Assembly (NCBI GenBank): GCA_011109175.1
Contig: RDEW01000011.1
Span: forward strand, 366,193-430,192
DNA length: 64,000 bases
Direction: 5' to 3'
DNA from: Dicyema japonicum
Taxonomy: Eukaryota; Animalia; Dicyemida
The translations under genes were made by a program, and so were the position numbers. The notes beneath the pieces were generated by a model. The model did no database searches, was not told the origin of the DNA, and saw only the letters and a program-made list of their open reading frames with translations. This document shows, one piece after another, positions 1 to 11,640 of the stretch; positions within the stretch are counted from its first letter, which is position 1, and the number at the start of each line of letters is the position of its first letter.

Positions 1-99
1 ACGATCATTGATAACACAAAATCCTCCAACTCTAAGCTGACCGATTTCGACAGAAGTAGTCCCCGCAGTTTCAATTGTATCGAACTCGTAATCAGACAT
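1..99 (-). CDS. EIF5A: eIF5A-like translation factor, 5' end (runs off the window)
   Basis: Reverse strand from ATG at 99 reads MSDYEFDTIETAGTTSVEIGQLRVGGFCVINDR, resembling the eIF5A N-terminus (M.D..F.T..AG...(L)R..GFVVI..RPC). The hypusine motif lies outside the window. Confidence 0.6.
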   Translation of the reverse strand, partial: MSDYEFDTIETAGTTSVEIGQLRVGGFCVINDR

Positions 100-324
100 G
101 ACCACACCACACACGTGTTTTAATAATTATATTTAAATGATAAACCGAAGTTTAAAGTATTTAATAAATAATATTATAATTAAAGCTTTTCATTAATAGT
201 ATGATTAAATAAATAAATTTGCTAATATTTTTCACAATCTTATTTTGACAGTATTTTTCGCTTAGAGGTTTGCACTCTAAAGGACATAAAGGATATATAA
301 GTGCAGGTTTGCACTCTCTAGATT

Positions 325-675
325 GTTGTTGGACGAAACCACCTCCTTACACTAGAAGACTTACGTTTTTTACGGGGTTCAACAGAATCGACACTATCCT
401 GTCGGAGTTATCGATAAAAAGGAATGGCAACTAATTTCTCCAATTCTGTTGAGAGAGGTAATTCACTTTTATCACGTGGTCTTACCTTAGACATCTATTC
501 CCCGCCGACTTTCAGTGTAGACATAAGTGCAGTCACTTTCAGGAAACGGAGAGGCCCCAATAAGCACAGGATGAAACTTGCAAGGCCGATGAAGGGAACC
601 GGGATCACTTAATTAGTTTGGTTACTATACCTTCTTTCTCGGTGATTCCTGGGGTTATGCAAATAAATATTTTTG
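325..675 (+). mobile_element. CR1-like LINE 3' fragment with terminal hairpin and AATAAA tail
   Basis: Degenerate CR1 ORF2 C-terminal motifs (HLLTLEDLRFLRG ~ L.SLE.RRLRGD; RGNSLL..LDI...FSV ~ RGHSLKL..LD.RK.FFS). The ORF ends GTGIT*, followed by stem CCGGGATCAC/GTGATTCCTGG, GGGGTTA and an A/T tail. Confidence 0.55.
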
Positions 676-779
676 GAAATTTAAAAATTTGACTCAAATA
701 TGCCACTCTTCAGTTGGTTCGCGGTTTACAACTTTAGGAGAGACCGAATCTTTATCCTTATCTCGATAAGGGGGAGGTT

Positions 780-1310
780 CTTTCAGAAGAAACCCTAAAG
801 ACAACGAGTCATCCTACTTTAACAAAATAAAGAAAGAGGACATAAAATTGCATATTAGAGGAAGGGACATCAATCCTTCCTCGAAGACTTATGATTGAAT
901 AATGGCCAAACTAATTAAAGATAGAAACCAACTCAAAACATTTAAGCCAAACTCAAGATATCAGGAAAACAATCGATCTTTGGAAAAGGATAGCGGAACT
1001 TTATAAAAACGCTTCTAAGACTTAATAAGGAGTCATTGGGTTTCATATATTCCTAATATATCGAATCAACCACCATCTACGGTGGTGTCCATTGGGAACA
1101 AATTGGGTAAAAACAAAACGAAGGTCGAGGAATCCAATCCAAAGCTACCAAAACTCTATAAAAGTTTTACTGATCTGCGGCTGGTCCTTGCTGCAAAACG
1201 GCCATTAGTTTTTTACTTCTTAAATAAAGTATGAGTTCTGCCTAAGCTGAGTTGAGTATGGAATCATTATTACTTCTCGGCGAAAGGCTGAAATAATAAA
1301 ATAAATCTTG
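780..1310 (+). mobile_element. degraded CR1/L2-type LINE 3' fragment
   Basis: Residual LYKTLLR and VEEIQSKATK-like peptides. The end GAGTTCTGCCTAAG.TGAG...GAAAGGCTGAA.TAATAA recurs at about 49880-49955. Confidence 0.4.
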
Positions 1311-1326
1311 TATTTCTCTTTTTCTC

Positions 1327-2430
1327 ATGAAAAACGCTTTATCAACGCAGAAATTAAATTACGTCCTTCGAGGAGCTTCATGTTACCTGAAAATGCAACA
1401 ACTCGGGGCGATTGACTCCCTATTCCGGTCTACGACCGAACGTATTACTAATGTCGAATTCGACGAACAAGGATGGGAACAAGCAACCTTGCCCGTTCGC
1501 TTTGGTGGACTCGGAATTCTCTCACCATCTGATTTAGCACACCCGGCATATCAATCCTCATTGGACTCCAATCAGAATTTGATCATGATGATTCTCCAGC
1601 TCCCATCAGAGTCGTCAAAGATCGAAGATTTGGTACACCCTAAAGTCAAACAACCCGGGCAGAGAGACCTTTATGAGTCTGTTGCGAGGATAAATACGAG
1701 AGGCTTTTGAAAATATCTAACCAACACCGACGAGCCTGTCTTTTAACTGCAAGATGCGAGTGGAGCGGGGCTTGGATCAATGCCCTACCCATTGGAAACG
1801 TGGGAACTCACCTAGACGATGAAACGGTCCGCACCGGAGTCTCCATCAGACTTGGATTGAAAGTTTGTCAACCCCATGAGTGCCGATGCGGCCGGAAGGT
1901 CGACTGCTATGGACATCATGCCCTTTCTTGTCGAAAAAGCGCAGGTCGATTCGCTAGACACAAGGCTATAAATGAAGTGGTGAAGCGCGCCCTCGAGTTG
2001 GCGGGATACCCATCCATTCTAGAGCCAACGGGCTTGAGTAGGGATGATGGGAAGCGACCCGATGGAATTACTGTCTTCCCCTTCTCTCGGGGCAAATGCT
2101 TAATTTGGGATGCTGCCTGTACTGACAGCTTTTCCCAGTCGAAACTTTTGAGGTCGGCAATGAAAGCGGGAGAGGCCGCCCGTTTATATGAAAACTCAAA
2201 AATAAAGAAATACAGCAGCCTCCTAAACCGTTTCCATGTACAGCCAGTGGTCGTCGAGACGAGCGGAGTCTTTGGCCCCAAGACGGTCTCTTTCCTTAGA
2301 GCACTTGGGTGTCTATTGACCAAAGCCTCGAGGGAGCGTCGGGAAACCGAGTGGCTTTTCCAAAGGATATCCCTGGCAGTAGTCAGAGGTAACAGCCACT
2401 CGATCATATCTGCTGGACTCAGTAATTAAC
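1327..2430 (+). mobile_element. CRE-clade (restriction-like endonuclease) non-LTR retrotransposon, 5'-truncated
   Basis: ORFs 1327-1710 (WEQATLPVRFGGLG) and 1707-2429 carry the CCHC knuckle CRCG..D..GHHALSC, the RPDG/WD..C.D endonuclease core and the terminal RISLAVVRGN. Confidence 0.9.
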
Positions 2431-2689
2431 TACTCATGTTTCCTAAAAAATAACTAAAAACTCAATCTTGCATTTATACGGGCTAAATTTCTATGAGAAA
2501 TGAACCCTAACTCATTTCTCATGAATGATGTGAGCGAGTCAAAATCGGACTTCAATTTCCGCAAGAAATTGTTTAGTTGTTAGGATGTCACGCCATAACA
2601 ATGGTCCTTGGTTCAATTCTTCACCTTTGGTTACTTAGTTGAAGGTTTTTTTTCTTTGTCTGTTTATTTTCTTTTCTTGTTCAAATTAG

Positions 2690-2830
2690 AGTTGAGACAC
2701 GTGATCCACTTCTTATCTGACGGCAATTAGATCATTTTTCCCTCAATCAATTGGAGGGGTTCCCACAATTTCTGAATGATTTCCATTTTCACTAGTTCTG
2801 AAAGGATTTCTGTGTTACATTGGAGATCTC
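2690..2830 (+). mobile_element. diverged copy of the ~330-bp non-autonomous element family
   Basis: CACGTGATCCAC...GATCATTT...TTGGAGGGGTT.CCACAATTTC aligns with 16015-16130. Confidence 0.45.
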
Positions 2831-3298
2831 TCTGCCTCTGCGATTACTGGAACTGGTTAATAACTACATTTGACATTACAATTAATTCAGACTCATTGAA
2901 GCATCCGACATTGTTTTTGAGAATTTGTTTTTGCTCAATCGTGGCAGACCAAGACGTTCATTTTCACTTTGTCGGTCGTTTTTTATCACTATTAAGGGGG
3001 CTTTCCGAAGCCCTGAATGTGACCTGAGACCAGTGAAAACTAAGGGACGGTGAAGTATCTAGTATGCGGAGGCTGATATTGAACAGGAGAGGGTGGGAGA
3101 GACTGGTATAATGTTATTTCGGCAGTGACACACCATCAATTGATTGCTCCTTATTAAAGAAAATCGTAGTAACAGCCGTTTAATGTCAATAATTGATATC
3201 AAGTTTGTGGCAGTAAATCGTTCGACTCTTTAAATATGAGCTGATATAGATTTGACGCCAATATTTGTTTTGCTGTAGATTACCTGATTCTCCGGGGG

Positions 3299-4853
3299 AT
3301 GAGTAAAGGATATTTCCTGGCATTTTGTTTATTCGGATTAATCGTCACTTCCAATTTGACTAACCAGAATGGTTGGACTATGGTTAATATAGTAGAGGAG
3401 CACAATCTTATCCACGACCTTTTCATTAAGAAAAAATATAACTCCTTGGTGAGACCAGTGGCCAATCATTCGACTACTCTGCACGTTCAGTTCAGTCTCG
3501 CCTTTCAGCAACTGATTAATATTGTGAATTAGTTGTATATATTTAGGATGAGAGAAACCAAATCATGAAATCGAACGTTTGGCTTACATTCGTATGATAT
3601 TTTTTTTAAATAGAACTGGAAGGACATTCAACTCACGTGGGATCCGAAACATTACAACATGGTCAGTTCTGTGAGAGTCCATCACTCATATGTATGGACT
3701 CCTGATGTTGTTCTCTTCAACAAGTTCTCTTATGATTGATCTTCTCAGTGCTGATGGAAACTATGAACCATCATTCATGTCAAATGTGGTTATATACAGC
3801 ACGGGACTGATTCTGTGGGTACCTCCAGCAATTTATAAATCATCCTGCACAATCGATGTCGCATTCTTTCCATTCGACCAGCAAATATGCGAAATGAAGT
3901 TTGGATCGTGGACCTATAACGCTGATGAGTTGGATTTCGTTGACGTGAACGCGGATCTAAACGACTACCGAATATCTCAAGTGTGGGATATCATCGATTA
4001 CGAAACAAAGATCAAACGAATAAACAGTGGACTAGGAAATCACGTGGAAGTTGTATTTCGTTTTGTAATTCGTCGCAAGTCTTTGTTTTACTTCAGCAAT
4101 CTAATTGTGCCTTGTGTCCTCATCGCGCTGCTCAGTGTCACTGTTTTCTACCTTCCAGCCGATGCAGGAGAAAAAATAACTCTTTCAATCTCCATTTTGT
4201 TCTCAATCAACGTATTTCTACTTCTTGTCTCGAAGATTCTGCCACCATCTTCCACCATTCCTCTTATTTCCACGTATTTACTGTTCACATTCATCCTCAA
4301 CATTTTCACAATCTTTATAACAGTGATCCTCATCAATTGGAATTTCAGGACTCCAAGGACCCACCGTATGTCCAAATGGTTTAAAATCATCTTTCTGAAC
4401 TATCTTCCACGGCTCCTCCTCATGGAAAGACCTGATCATATTAAACGATATGAAAATGCGATGAATCGACACGATAACTACAAACAACTCGATGGACAGA
4501 CTCTGGCTTCTTCAGTTATAATTCCTGGGATGAGTAAAAGCAAACCACCTTCAGTTGGATCTTCACAATTTTTGGCTGTAGATCCTACATTGGAAAGAAG
4601 AGACTCAACTACTGAGGACGCGCTGAACTCAATCAATTTTATTGCCCATCATTTGCATGAGCAGGACGAGTATGATGCCGTGAGTGAAGACTGGAAGTAT
4701 ATAGCCTCCATATTCGACAGACTTCAATTATACATATTCTTTCTAGTCACAGCAATTGGAAGTATTGCGACGTTAATGAATGCCCCGTATGTCTTCGACT
4801 TTGTGGACCAAAAGGAAATTATCAATGAAATTATTCAACGGAAAAGCACCTAA
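3299..4853 (+). CDS. nicotinic acetylcholine receptor subunit, non-alpha type (Cys-loop cation channel), 4 exons
   Basis: Exons 3299-3523, 3547-3591, 3614-3723 and 3749-4853 joined by GT-AG introns of 23, 22 and 25 nt give a signal peptide, DERNQ, WKD..LTWDP, WTPD, Cys-loop CTIDVAFFPFDQQIC, WTY, M2 GEKITLSISILFS and M4. No vicinal CC in loop C. Confidence 0.95.
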
Positions 4854-4943
4854 TCCGACTTTTAAATAATATTTTTACTAAATATAACATTTTTTGAAAA
4901 TAAGACATATTGGTAAGAAAAGATTTTTTAGTGTTTTTTGACA

Positions 4944-5261
4944 CTAAGCGCCACCAACAATAGCTGAAATACATGACATCGTGCTAATATATGCAAGGGA
5001 TAAATGTATATTCGGATTGACTTGTGAACATTGATGCTGAAAAGACCGAGAATACATACATACAAAAAGAGGACGACCGAACAGTAAGAACTTGGGAGGT
5101 TGAAAATGTGAAAATAGAAAAACGTTAACAACAATTGCTTTGAGCAAATTAAGACGGATTTTGTCACCAATTTTAGTAAAAAACCCGACTGAGGGTATAT
5201 AGGGCACTTGTAACCCCAATCCTAGCCTACACTTGGGGATACTCAGAATTGAATTTTCCAA
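4944..5261 (-). CDS. possible small hydrophobic protein or 3' part of an unknown gene
   Basis: 105-aa ORF convergent on the nAChR gene with an in-frame candidate 27-nt GTATGT...TTTTCAG intron. No recognised motif. Confidence 0.25.
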   Translation of the reverse strand: MENSILSIPKCRLGLGLQVPYIPSVGFFTKIGDKIRLNLLKAIVVNVFLFSHFQPPKFLLFGRPLFVCMYSRSFQHQCSQVNPNIHLSLAYISTMSCISAIVGGA

Positions 5262-6012
5262 AATGGATGCGTTCCACCAAAATCAACTACGAGCCCAATA
5301 TCCCTCCTCAACTGGGCCTCGTGCATGTCGCCTCTTACAAAAGCTACAGCAATTTGAAAACACATAGCCTTAAGATCTATAAGGACTGTTTAAAAGACTC
5401 TCCACTTAACACCTACTCTAGGAAATAAAAGTCTTGCCATTGGGGATCACCTCGAAATGGGGAACTAATTATATCTCCAACAATTACTAGACATAATTAT
5501 CCAAACTTCTCGCTATTCAATCCACTAACTGTGAGTTTATCCGTAAGATCCTTACTCACCTCCCAAAAGCTACAAAAATCTTCCTACCAAAAAACCGATC
5601 CTGAACCGAAAGAATTCACGATTTCGCATCCAACCGTGTCTCATGGGCACTTGAAGACAATAAAATATTGGAGTGCAGACTTTATGAGATTAGCATTTCA
5701 AAATCGTTGTCCCAAAGATGGGGCTCGTCAGCCTACCGTGTAAATATCATCCATTTCTGACTGGAAGAGAAGTTAGTGATCTCTTTGCTCGCTTTGAGCC
5801 ATCTGTACTCGACCATGAAAGTGGAAGATCTTTGGGAACGATCTGAAAATAATTTCACCAAAATAATAAACGTCAAAATTTATTTTCATACGATTAATAG
5901 TCTTCTTTGGTTTGGATGGCTTTTGAACAAAGCAGATTTTTCGTGCGTCAACACCTCAGTATTAAAACAGAACAGCCAATTGGCTAGGTGATCCATTAGA
6001 CGTGGAATATAA

Positions 6013-6383
6013 TTAATTTATTAACCCCGGATACACCGAGAAAGATTAAGTGTATCCAGTTTCTACTTCCACAGAAACAGAGTCCATCGGAATCAACACA
6101 AAGAATAAAAGACGACCATCCTTGCAGTTATGAAAACCCCTCCAGTGGAGTGGGAGAAAGCAAATGATTTTTCGTGCCGGCCAGGCACTGGGCGCCACCT
6201 GGACAGGTGGATCACATGACGCCACTCTAATGAGAAGATAGATGAGAAACAAACAAACATAAAACTTAATTCAATTATTAAGCCAAAAATTACCAGGTAA
6301 ACTAATTAAAAGAAAAACGCCATCAGGTGATCCCGCTAAAACTTAATCCTATTAGCCACGCAGGATCACACAGCGCCACGTGC
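6013..6383 (-). mobile_element. ~370-bp non-autonomous retroposed element (E-box-containing head plus CR1-type tail)
   Basis: Reverse-strand homolog of 15917-16247. Flanked by direct repeat AATATAA (6006-6012 / 6384-6390). Tail stem CTGGATACAC/GTGTATCCGG. Confidence 0.8.
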
Positions 6384-6468
6384 AATATAAATAAAATTAT
6401 AAAAGTAGTTATTAGTTAAATTTATATTAAAGTTTAATATTTTATGAGAATTTGAATATAAAAATCGA

Positions 6469-7207
6469 TTAATCATTTTTCGCTATAAAATAGTCCCCAA
6501 TAGCGGCAATTCCTTCTCTGCAAACTTCCAATGGGGGTGTACGAGAGGATTATCGTCTAAAATCGCAGGAATATAATAATTTATTCCGTCTTTGTTCCAT
6601 TCTGCTTTTGATAGACAGGATATTTCATAGGGAAGTTTTTTAATGCGGTTTTTTCCAAGCCATAAGCATTTAAGTTTGAATAATCTGCCGATACTTGGTG
6701 GAACATTACTTATTTTGTTGTTGTACAAAAGTAAATATTGCAAATTAGTCATATTTCCAACAGAATTGGGGACAGACTCAATGCAATTGTTGCTTAAATC
6801 AACAAATCGAACTCCCAATTGAGTAAGTGGTTGAGGAAAGTCAGTTAACTCGTTATTTGCTAAATGAACCGACGTCAGGTTTTTCAGAAGCACAAAGCTA
6901 TTGGGGATTTTTGTGATTTGATTGCTGCTTAGATACAGCCGTTCCAGTGACTCAAAAGGCCAATCGTGTTTGGGATTTCCTTCAAGTCATTCAAGTCCAA
7001 AGCAAGCTCTTTTAGTCTATGAAACTTGTGAATATTCGAATCCAATTTCACTGCCTTCAAATTCATGCATGCTTGGTAAGTTGGGAGTAAATGCAGAACC
7101 TCAACATTATAGGATTCAATCTCCCGAACATCAAATTTAAGCAGTTCTCTTCCAGTGATTAGTAATGAGCGTTTCTGGGAATTGTAGCGACCAGTCTGAT
7201 GCATCAT
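6469..7207 (-). CDS. leucine-rich-repeat protein (SHOC2/LRRC-like repeats); may extend 5' to about 7600
   Basis: ORFs 6929-7207 and 6483-6893 give LxxLxLxxNxLxxxP repeats. One-base corrections near 6953 and 6535 join them (ESLERLYLSSNQITKIP...NPLVHPPLEVCREGIAAIGDYF...*), stop at 6469-6471. Confidence 0.8.
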
Positions 7208-8199
7208 TTGGCCAAACTATAAATATTATCAAGAATGACAACATTTAATAATCGTAATATACTGTCAACAAACGACACAGCATGCAATCTCATATGTAAT
7301 GCTGGAGTTTTCTCGAAATCACTGACTTTTCTCAAACGTTCATTCAGTAAAATTCGATCATGTCCCTTACTTTGAAATTCCACGTGCTGAGTTGATTTCG
7401 AGTGTGAGATAGTTCAATACAACTAATCCATACTTTTGTCAATGGAGGAACTGATGAACTCTGGAGGGGTTGGATGCACCATGTTTAGGAACGAGGAAGC
7501 GACGGGTACCTCTGTAGTCAGATTATTCGAAAAAAGTCTTCGAAGAGGAACAGGAGAATTTGTAATTACTCCCCGAAGATTGTTAATATATTTTGACATT
7601 CTTCGAGTAGGATCAACATTGTCCTAAAAATAAAGTTCATGGTTTATATAATTAGTCACATTTATGACATAAAGTGCACAACTTTACAATTAATGAATTA
7701 TCACAAATTCAGTTTGACTCCTAAATTTATCTTAGTCAATGACTTGTTAATTAACTCCATGGGAAATTGTTACAAATAAACGAATCTGTACCCAAACCAA
7801 ATAAAGGCGGCTGTTAAATCTTGAAGATAGTAACATTTACTCCTGATTGGTCCTGTATATTGAATAAATGAATGTTTATTGATGCAAGAAATTAAGTAGG
7901 ACTGCACGTGAGAGTCTGTTGAAATACCATAGGTCCTGCCTTGCAGCCTAGACTTTTGAATATAGTCTCTTCCTCACTGGTTTATCCATAGATAGCTGTA
8001 TATATGATGACGGTTATCGGCATTCTTGCGGAAAAAACATAATCTTCTCCTCCACAGTCTCTCTAACAGTTTTCTTACAGCATGATATATGAGACCAGTA
8101 AAATTATCAGTGACCAATAATCATATAGTCACAAAAAATGATTTCACTATGTCAGACATATATATATATATAAACAAAATATTTTTTTAACAATTAAAC

Positions 8200-8395
8200 A
8201 AATTAAGGCATCTAAATGGCCATGCTATTTCCCCTAACAATAGCCAACGAGATACGTTCTCGGAACCAACCAGTCTCTCGCGGATCCTTGGTCACAGCTT
8301 GAATCATGGAGCCGATCTTACGAACCAACTCGTCTGCTTGGGGCCAAGGATTCCTGAAGTTTCCACCGCGAATGGAACAAAAAGATACTATTTTG
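8200..8395 (-). mobile_element. CRE-clade 3'-end fragment
   Basis: Reverse strand reads FVPFAVETSGILGP..ELVRKIGSMIQAVTKDPRETGWFRERISLAIVRGNS, the same C-terminus as 1707-2429. Confidence 0.8.
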
Positions 8396-8454
8396 TATAT
8401 ATATTAATCGATAGCATTAAGTTTTCATAGAAGAAAATATTTTATTTTAAAATA

Positions 8455-9577
8455 ATGTGTATAAATTATATTTTAAATAAATATTTATTTTCAGTTCTAG
8501 TAATTAATGAAAGAGACGCAAAAGCCGGTTGTAAAGAGATTTCGAATCCACCAGACAAAATTACTCGACTCCAATTCAACCCTCAATATTCAAACATTCT
8601 AATGGTCTCCTCTTGGGACTCGTCTCTGCGGCTGTACGACGTTAACGCAAACAAAGAAACTTTCAAGCGTGACTTCCCTGTTCCTGTGCTGGACTGCTGC
8701 TACCAGGTAACTGCATATAGATTTTTCAGGATGGAACCACTGCTTGGGTATCTTGTCTTGATGGATCCGTGAGAAAAGTCGACCTTTATGACAATTCAGG
8801 TATTTCTGATTAGCATAGTCAAGAAATAATGTTTGAACAACTTCACTCCAAACCTGCCAGTCAGATCTGCTACTCTCAAGATTCTGGGGTAGTCATTTCC
8901 TCCAGTTGGGATCGATCCATGAAAATCTGGGACCCAGGCTGGATGCTCCCATCCACGAGCTGCTACTTCCTGGAAAGTAAACTTTTTTTCTTAGCTTGGC
9001 ATATTCGATGAGGACCAGCCAAAACAGACTGCTGGTTGCCTGTTCGGACCATCACGTGGTCTTATATGACGTTAGGAATCCATCTGTCCCTATTTTTAAA
9101 AAGCAGCCACCAGCTACATCATTCCGTTGCGTAGGACTGTCTGTTGTGAACGCTGACGTTTATGCATTGGGGACAATCGAAGGGAGGATTCAGGTTGAGT
9201 TTCTTGACCGACCTGATGAATCAACACTTTCTCGCTACTCGTTCAGATGTCATAGAATAATTCAGGAGGACACCGAACTGATATACCCAGTCAACACGAT
9301 AGTATTTCACCCTCAACACAACTACTTATTAGTTTCCGCTGGATCTGATGGAGTGGCCACCCTTTGGGACGTTAAACACAGAAGGAAGTTGCATGAATTT
9401 GAGGTTGATAAATTATCGTATTGTAGATTTCCTGTCGGGATATCCAGTCTGTCTTTTAGTGGAGACTCGAGTTTACTTGCTGTTGGATGTTGCTACCAGT
9501 ATGAGTTTGGAAATGTTCAGAATCCTCCACCAACTCATATTTATGTGTGTGATTTTGTCGCTAAAAATAAAATTTAA
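8455..9577 (+). CDS. BUB3: mitotic checkpoint WD40 protein BUB3
   Basis: LMVSSWDSSLRLYDV, SSWD..MKIWDP, YALGTIEGRIQVEFLD, YSFRCHR...IYPVN.I.FHP, SAGSDG...WD, ISSLSFS...LAVGCCYQYE (BUB3-type rather than RAE1-type C-terminus). Introns of 23, 24 and 18 nt. One homopolymer frameshift near 8935. Confidence 0.88.
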
Positions 9578-9639
9578 TTAGTTTGTGTATATTTACTTGT
9601 TTCATGGTTTAGCTAAATTGTTTGTTTATTTGTAACATT

Positions 9640-10230
9640 GCTTATTATGTTATGTTATCCAATTAAGTCGTTTCCTATCCTTGGAGATCTCATGAACGAG
9701 TTTCCTCCACTTTCCCAGATCCGTTGCAATTTGGAGTAGCCTTGATATAGGCATTCCCGTGACGTCTTCCACCGTGGATAGCCGCCGAGTCCTCGGTCGG
9801 CCAGGTCTTCTCTTCTCAGCATAATGGTTCTTTCCAGGAAATCAGAGCGGACAACATGCCCAAAAAACGCCAATCTGTGTTTTACGATTCTTCCTTCTAG
9901 CGAAATGTCCGTCTCCACCCGTTTGAGTACATCGATGTTTGTTATTTTGGAAGTCCAAGAAATTCTTAGTAACCTCCTCCAGCACCACAGTTCAAAAGCA
10001 TCAATTTTTCGTCTATCCGCATTTTTCAGTATCCATGATTCTGCGCCGTATAGAAAAACCGGGAACACGATTGCATTAATCAGTCTGCATTTGATCCTTA
10101 AGCAAATATCTTTGCTTTTCCAAATTCTATTCATTCTCTGGAAGGTGTCTCGTCCCATGGCAATTCGCCTCTTGATTTCCAATCCTCCGTCACCATTAGA
10201 TATCCCAAAAAAACAACATAAATATTAATA
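9640..10230 (-). mobile_element. RTE-clade (BovB-like) LINE 3' fragment
   Basis: ORF 9655-10182: EIKRRIAMG...IVFPVFLYGAESW.LK..DRRKIDAFELWCWRRLLRISWT.K.TN..VL...FFGHVVR. Confidence 0.9.
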
Positions 10231-10599
10231 AAAAATAATTTTCACGTGTTGTTGCTTTTATTACTTGGTTTAATTAAATTATAGTTAGGGAGAAGATCAG
10301 GTCAAGCTGAGGCCTCTGTTAGAGCGTGCTGGGGTCACATGAGCAGTTAATTTGGTGTTACCGCGGCTTCAGATTTCATTTCATTGGTATTTAAGTTCTG
10401 TGCAGAAGCCTCCCCAACTAATATTGCCCCATTTAACTTAACAACCACTGGCCACCTACAAGTTAGTGAGGCCGAGGAGACTAATTAACTCTCTTTTGAA
10501 GACTGACAGTAATTAATTTCATTAATATTTACCGCAAAAAAGTAGACAATTAAATATATCCAGTTTCCATGATTGTATACGCAGATATGGGTTTAATGA

Positions 10600-10760
10600 T
10601 CGATATAAACCTTTGTCTTTCTTATTTTGTGAGCATGAACGAGACGACGGAATTGGGAGACATCGAAAACCAGAAGTTCTGAACAAAGGAGGTATCTGAT
10701 ACATGTAGGACCCGAGTTCGAATCTCGTCCAGCTCAAAATTGAATGAATTTGGATTTCTT
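10600..10760 (+). mobile_element. tRNA-derived element (B-box half), homologous to 56780-56900
   Basis: GAGTTCGAATCTCGTCCAGCTCAAAATTGAA matches GGGTTCGAATCTCGTCTAGCCCAAATTGAA. The upstream AACCTTT...GAGAC.ACGGA segment is also shared. Confidence 0.4.
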
Positions 10761-10834
10761 GGGATCTCCTGTTTGTGTAGAAATAAGCAAGAAAATAACC
10801 AGCGCTCATGGGGATCTCCTGTTTGTGTAGAAAT
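10761..10834 (+). repeat. 24-bp direct repeat pair (GGGATCTCCTGTTTGTGTAGAAAT)
   Basis: Exact copies at 10761-10784 and 10811-10834. Confidence 0.85.
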
Positions 10835-11019
10835 CCGATTCCCTAGAGGACTCAGAAATTCCAGTGTTGCAGACGTAAGCTGGACATTTCAACCGCGAGC
10901 GGAACAAACAGAAAATCCTCGTGTATGACCGTGTACTTTACTAGTTTGACCTTTCGGACTTCAGTTCAATTGTAATGAGTCAATACATTTCAGTTTATTT
11001 TTTTTCAAATAAAATATCT

Positions 11020-11190
11020 TTCATTAAAAAAAATCACACACCGGCCGCCAAGAGACAGAGGACACTTGCGAAGGCGAATGATAACAAAACCAACGCTGCT
11101 CACGAGGAACTCCAAGCCTTGACGAGGTTGCGCTTCCAATCTCTTGGATAACACCTCTGGTAACAGTCCCGGTCCCTAAAGTCTCAAACA
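11020..11190 (-). mobile_element. CRE-clade 3'-end fragment (reverse strand)
   Basis: Reverse strand FETLG....RGVIQEIGSATSSRLGVPREQRWF...LSFAF resembles the RLE C-terminus (VETSG..G....L..IG.......PRE..W...S.A). Confidence 0.55.
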
Positions 11191-11191
11191 C

Positions 11192-11640
11192 GGCCTATGC
11201 AGGGAGGTTCCCCGTGCCCGTACCATTTTTAACTTTTCCGTTAATTACCCATCAACCACGGACCCTGAAACATTCCTACGTCTCATCTCTGAATTACGTT
11301 CTCCACAGACTATCCCTGTGAGGATTCCCAAGGCCGTACGACCTGTCGTTGCGGAGGCCCTTTCCAAAACGATCGAAGATGCCTTCCGGACTAACGCAGT
11401 ACATGATTGGATGCGCTCATTCAGTTTTGCGCCTTCCGCACTGGGACTTGATCAAGATGGTCACGGAAAGGAGTCTCTCGCTACCACCATGAGGACCAAA
11501 ATTCGTTTTTTGGGAGGTATCCACATCCCCAGTTGTCCCATGGATTCTAACCGTACGAGGGAGACACACGATTGGGATGATTCGAAGACAATTGAAAATA
11601 TAAAAAATAGTAACACATCATGCTCCAGCTGCCAAGAGAC
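11192..11640 (+). mobile_element. CRE-clade internal 5' fragment
   Basis: High nucleotide identity to about 16490-16930 (CGGCCTATGCAGGGAGGTTCCCCGTGCC...). ORF RIPKAVRPVVAEALSKTIEDA. Confidence 0.85.

Noticed and set aside
1916-2407. Antisense ORFs over retroelements and genes (also 9824-10228, 18490-18984, 59145-59474, 3983-4384)
   Set aside because: Shadow frames of real coding sequence with no independent motifs.
2493-2522. Telomerase RNA template
   Set aside because: The 9-nt match sits in a tight hairpin loop, and no pseudoknot or other TR elements are evident.
10761-10834. 24-bp direct repeats with a 26-bp spacer as a mini-CRISPR
   Set aside because: Only two repeats, eukaryotic context, no cas genes; a local duplication explains it.
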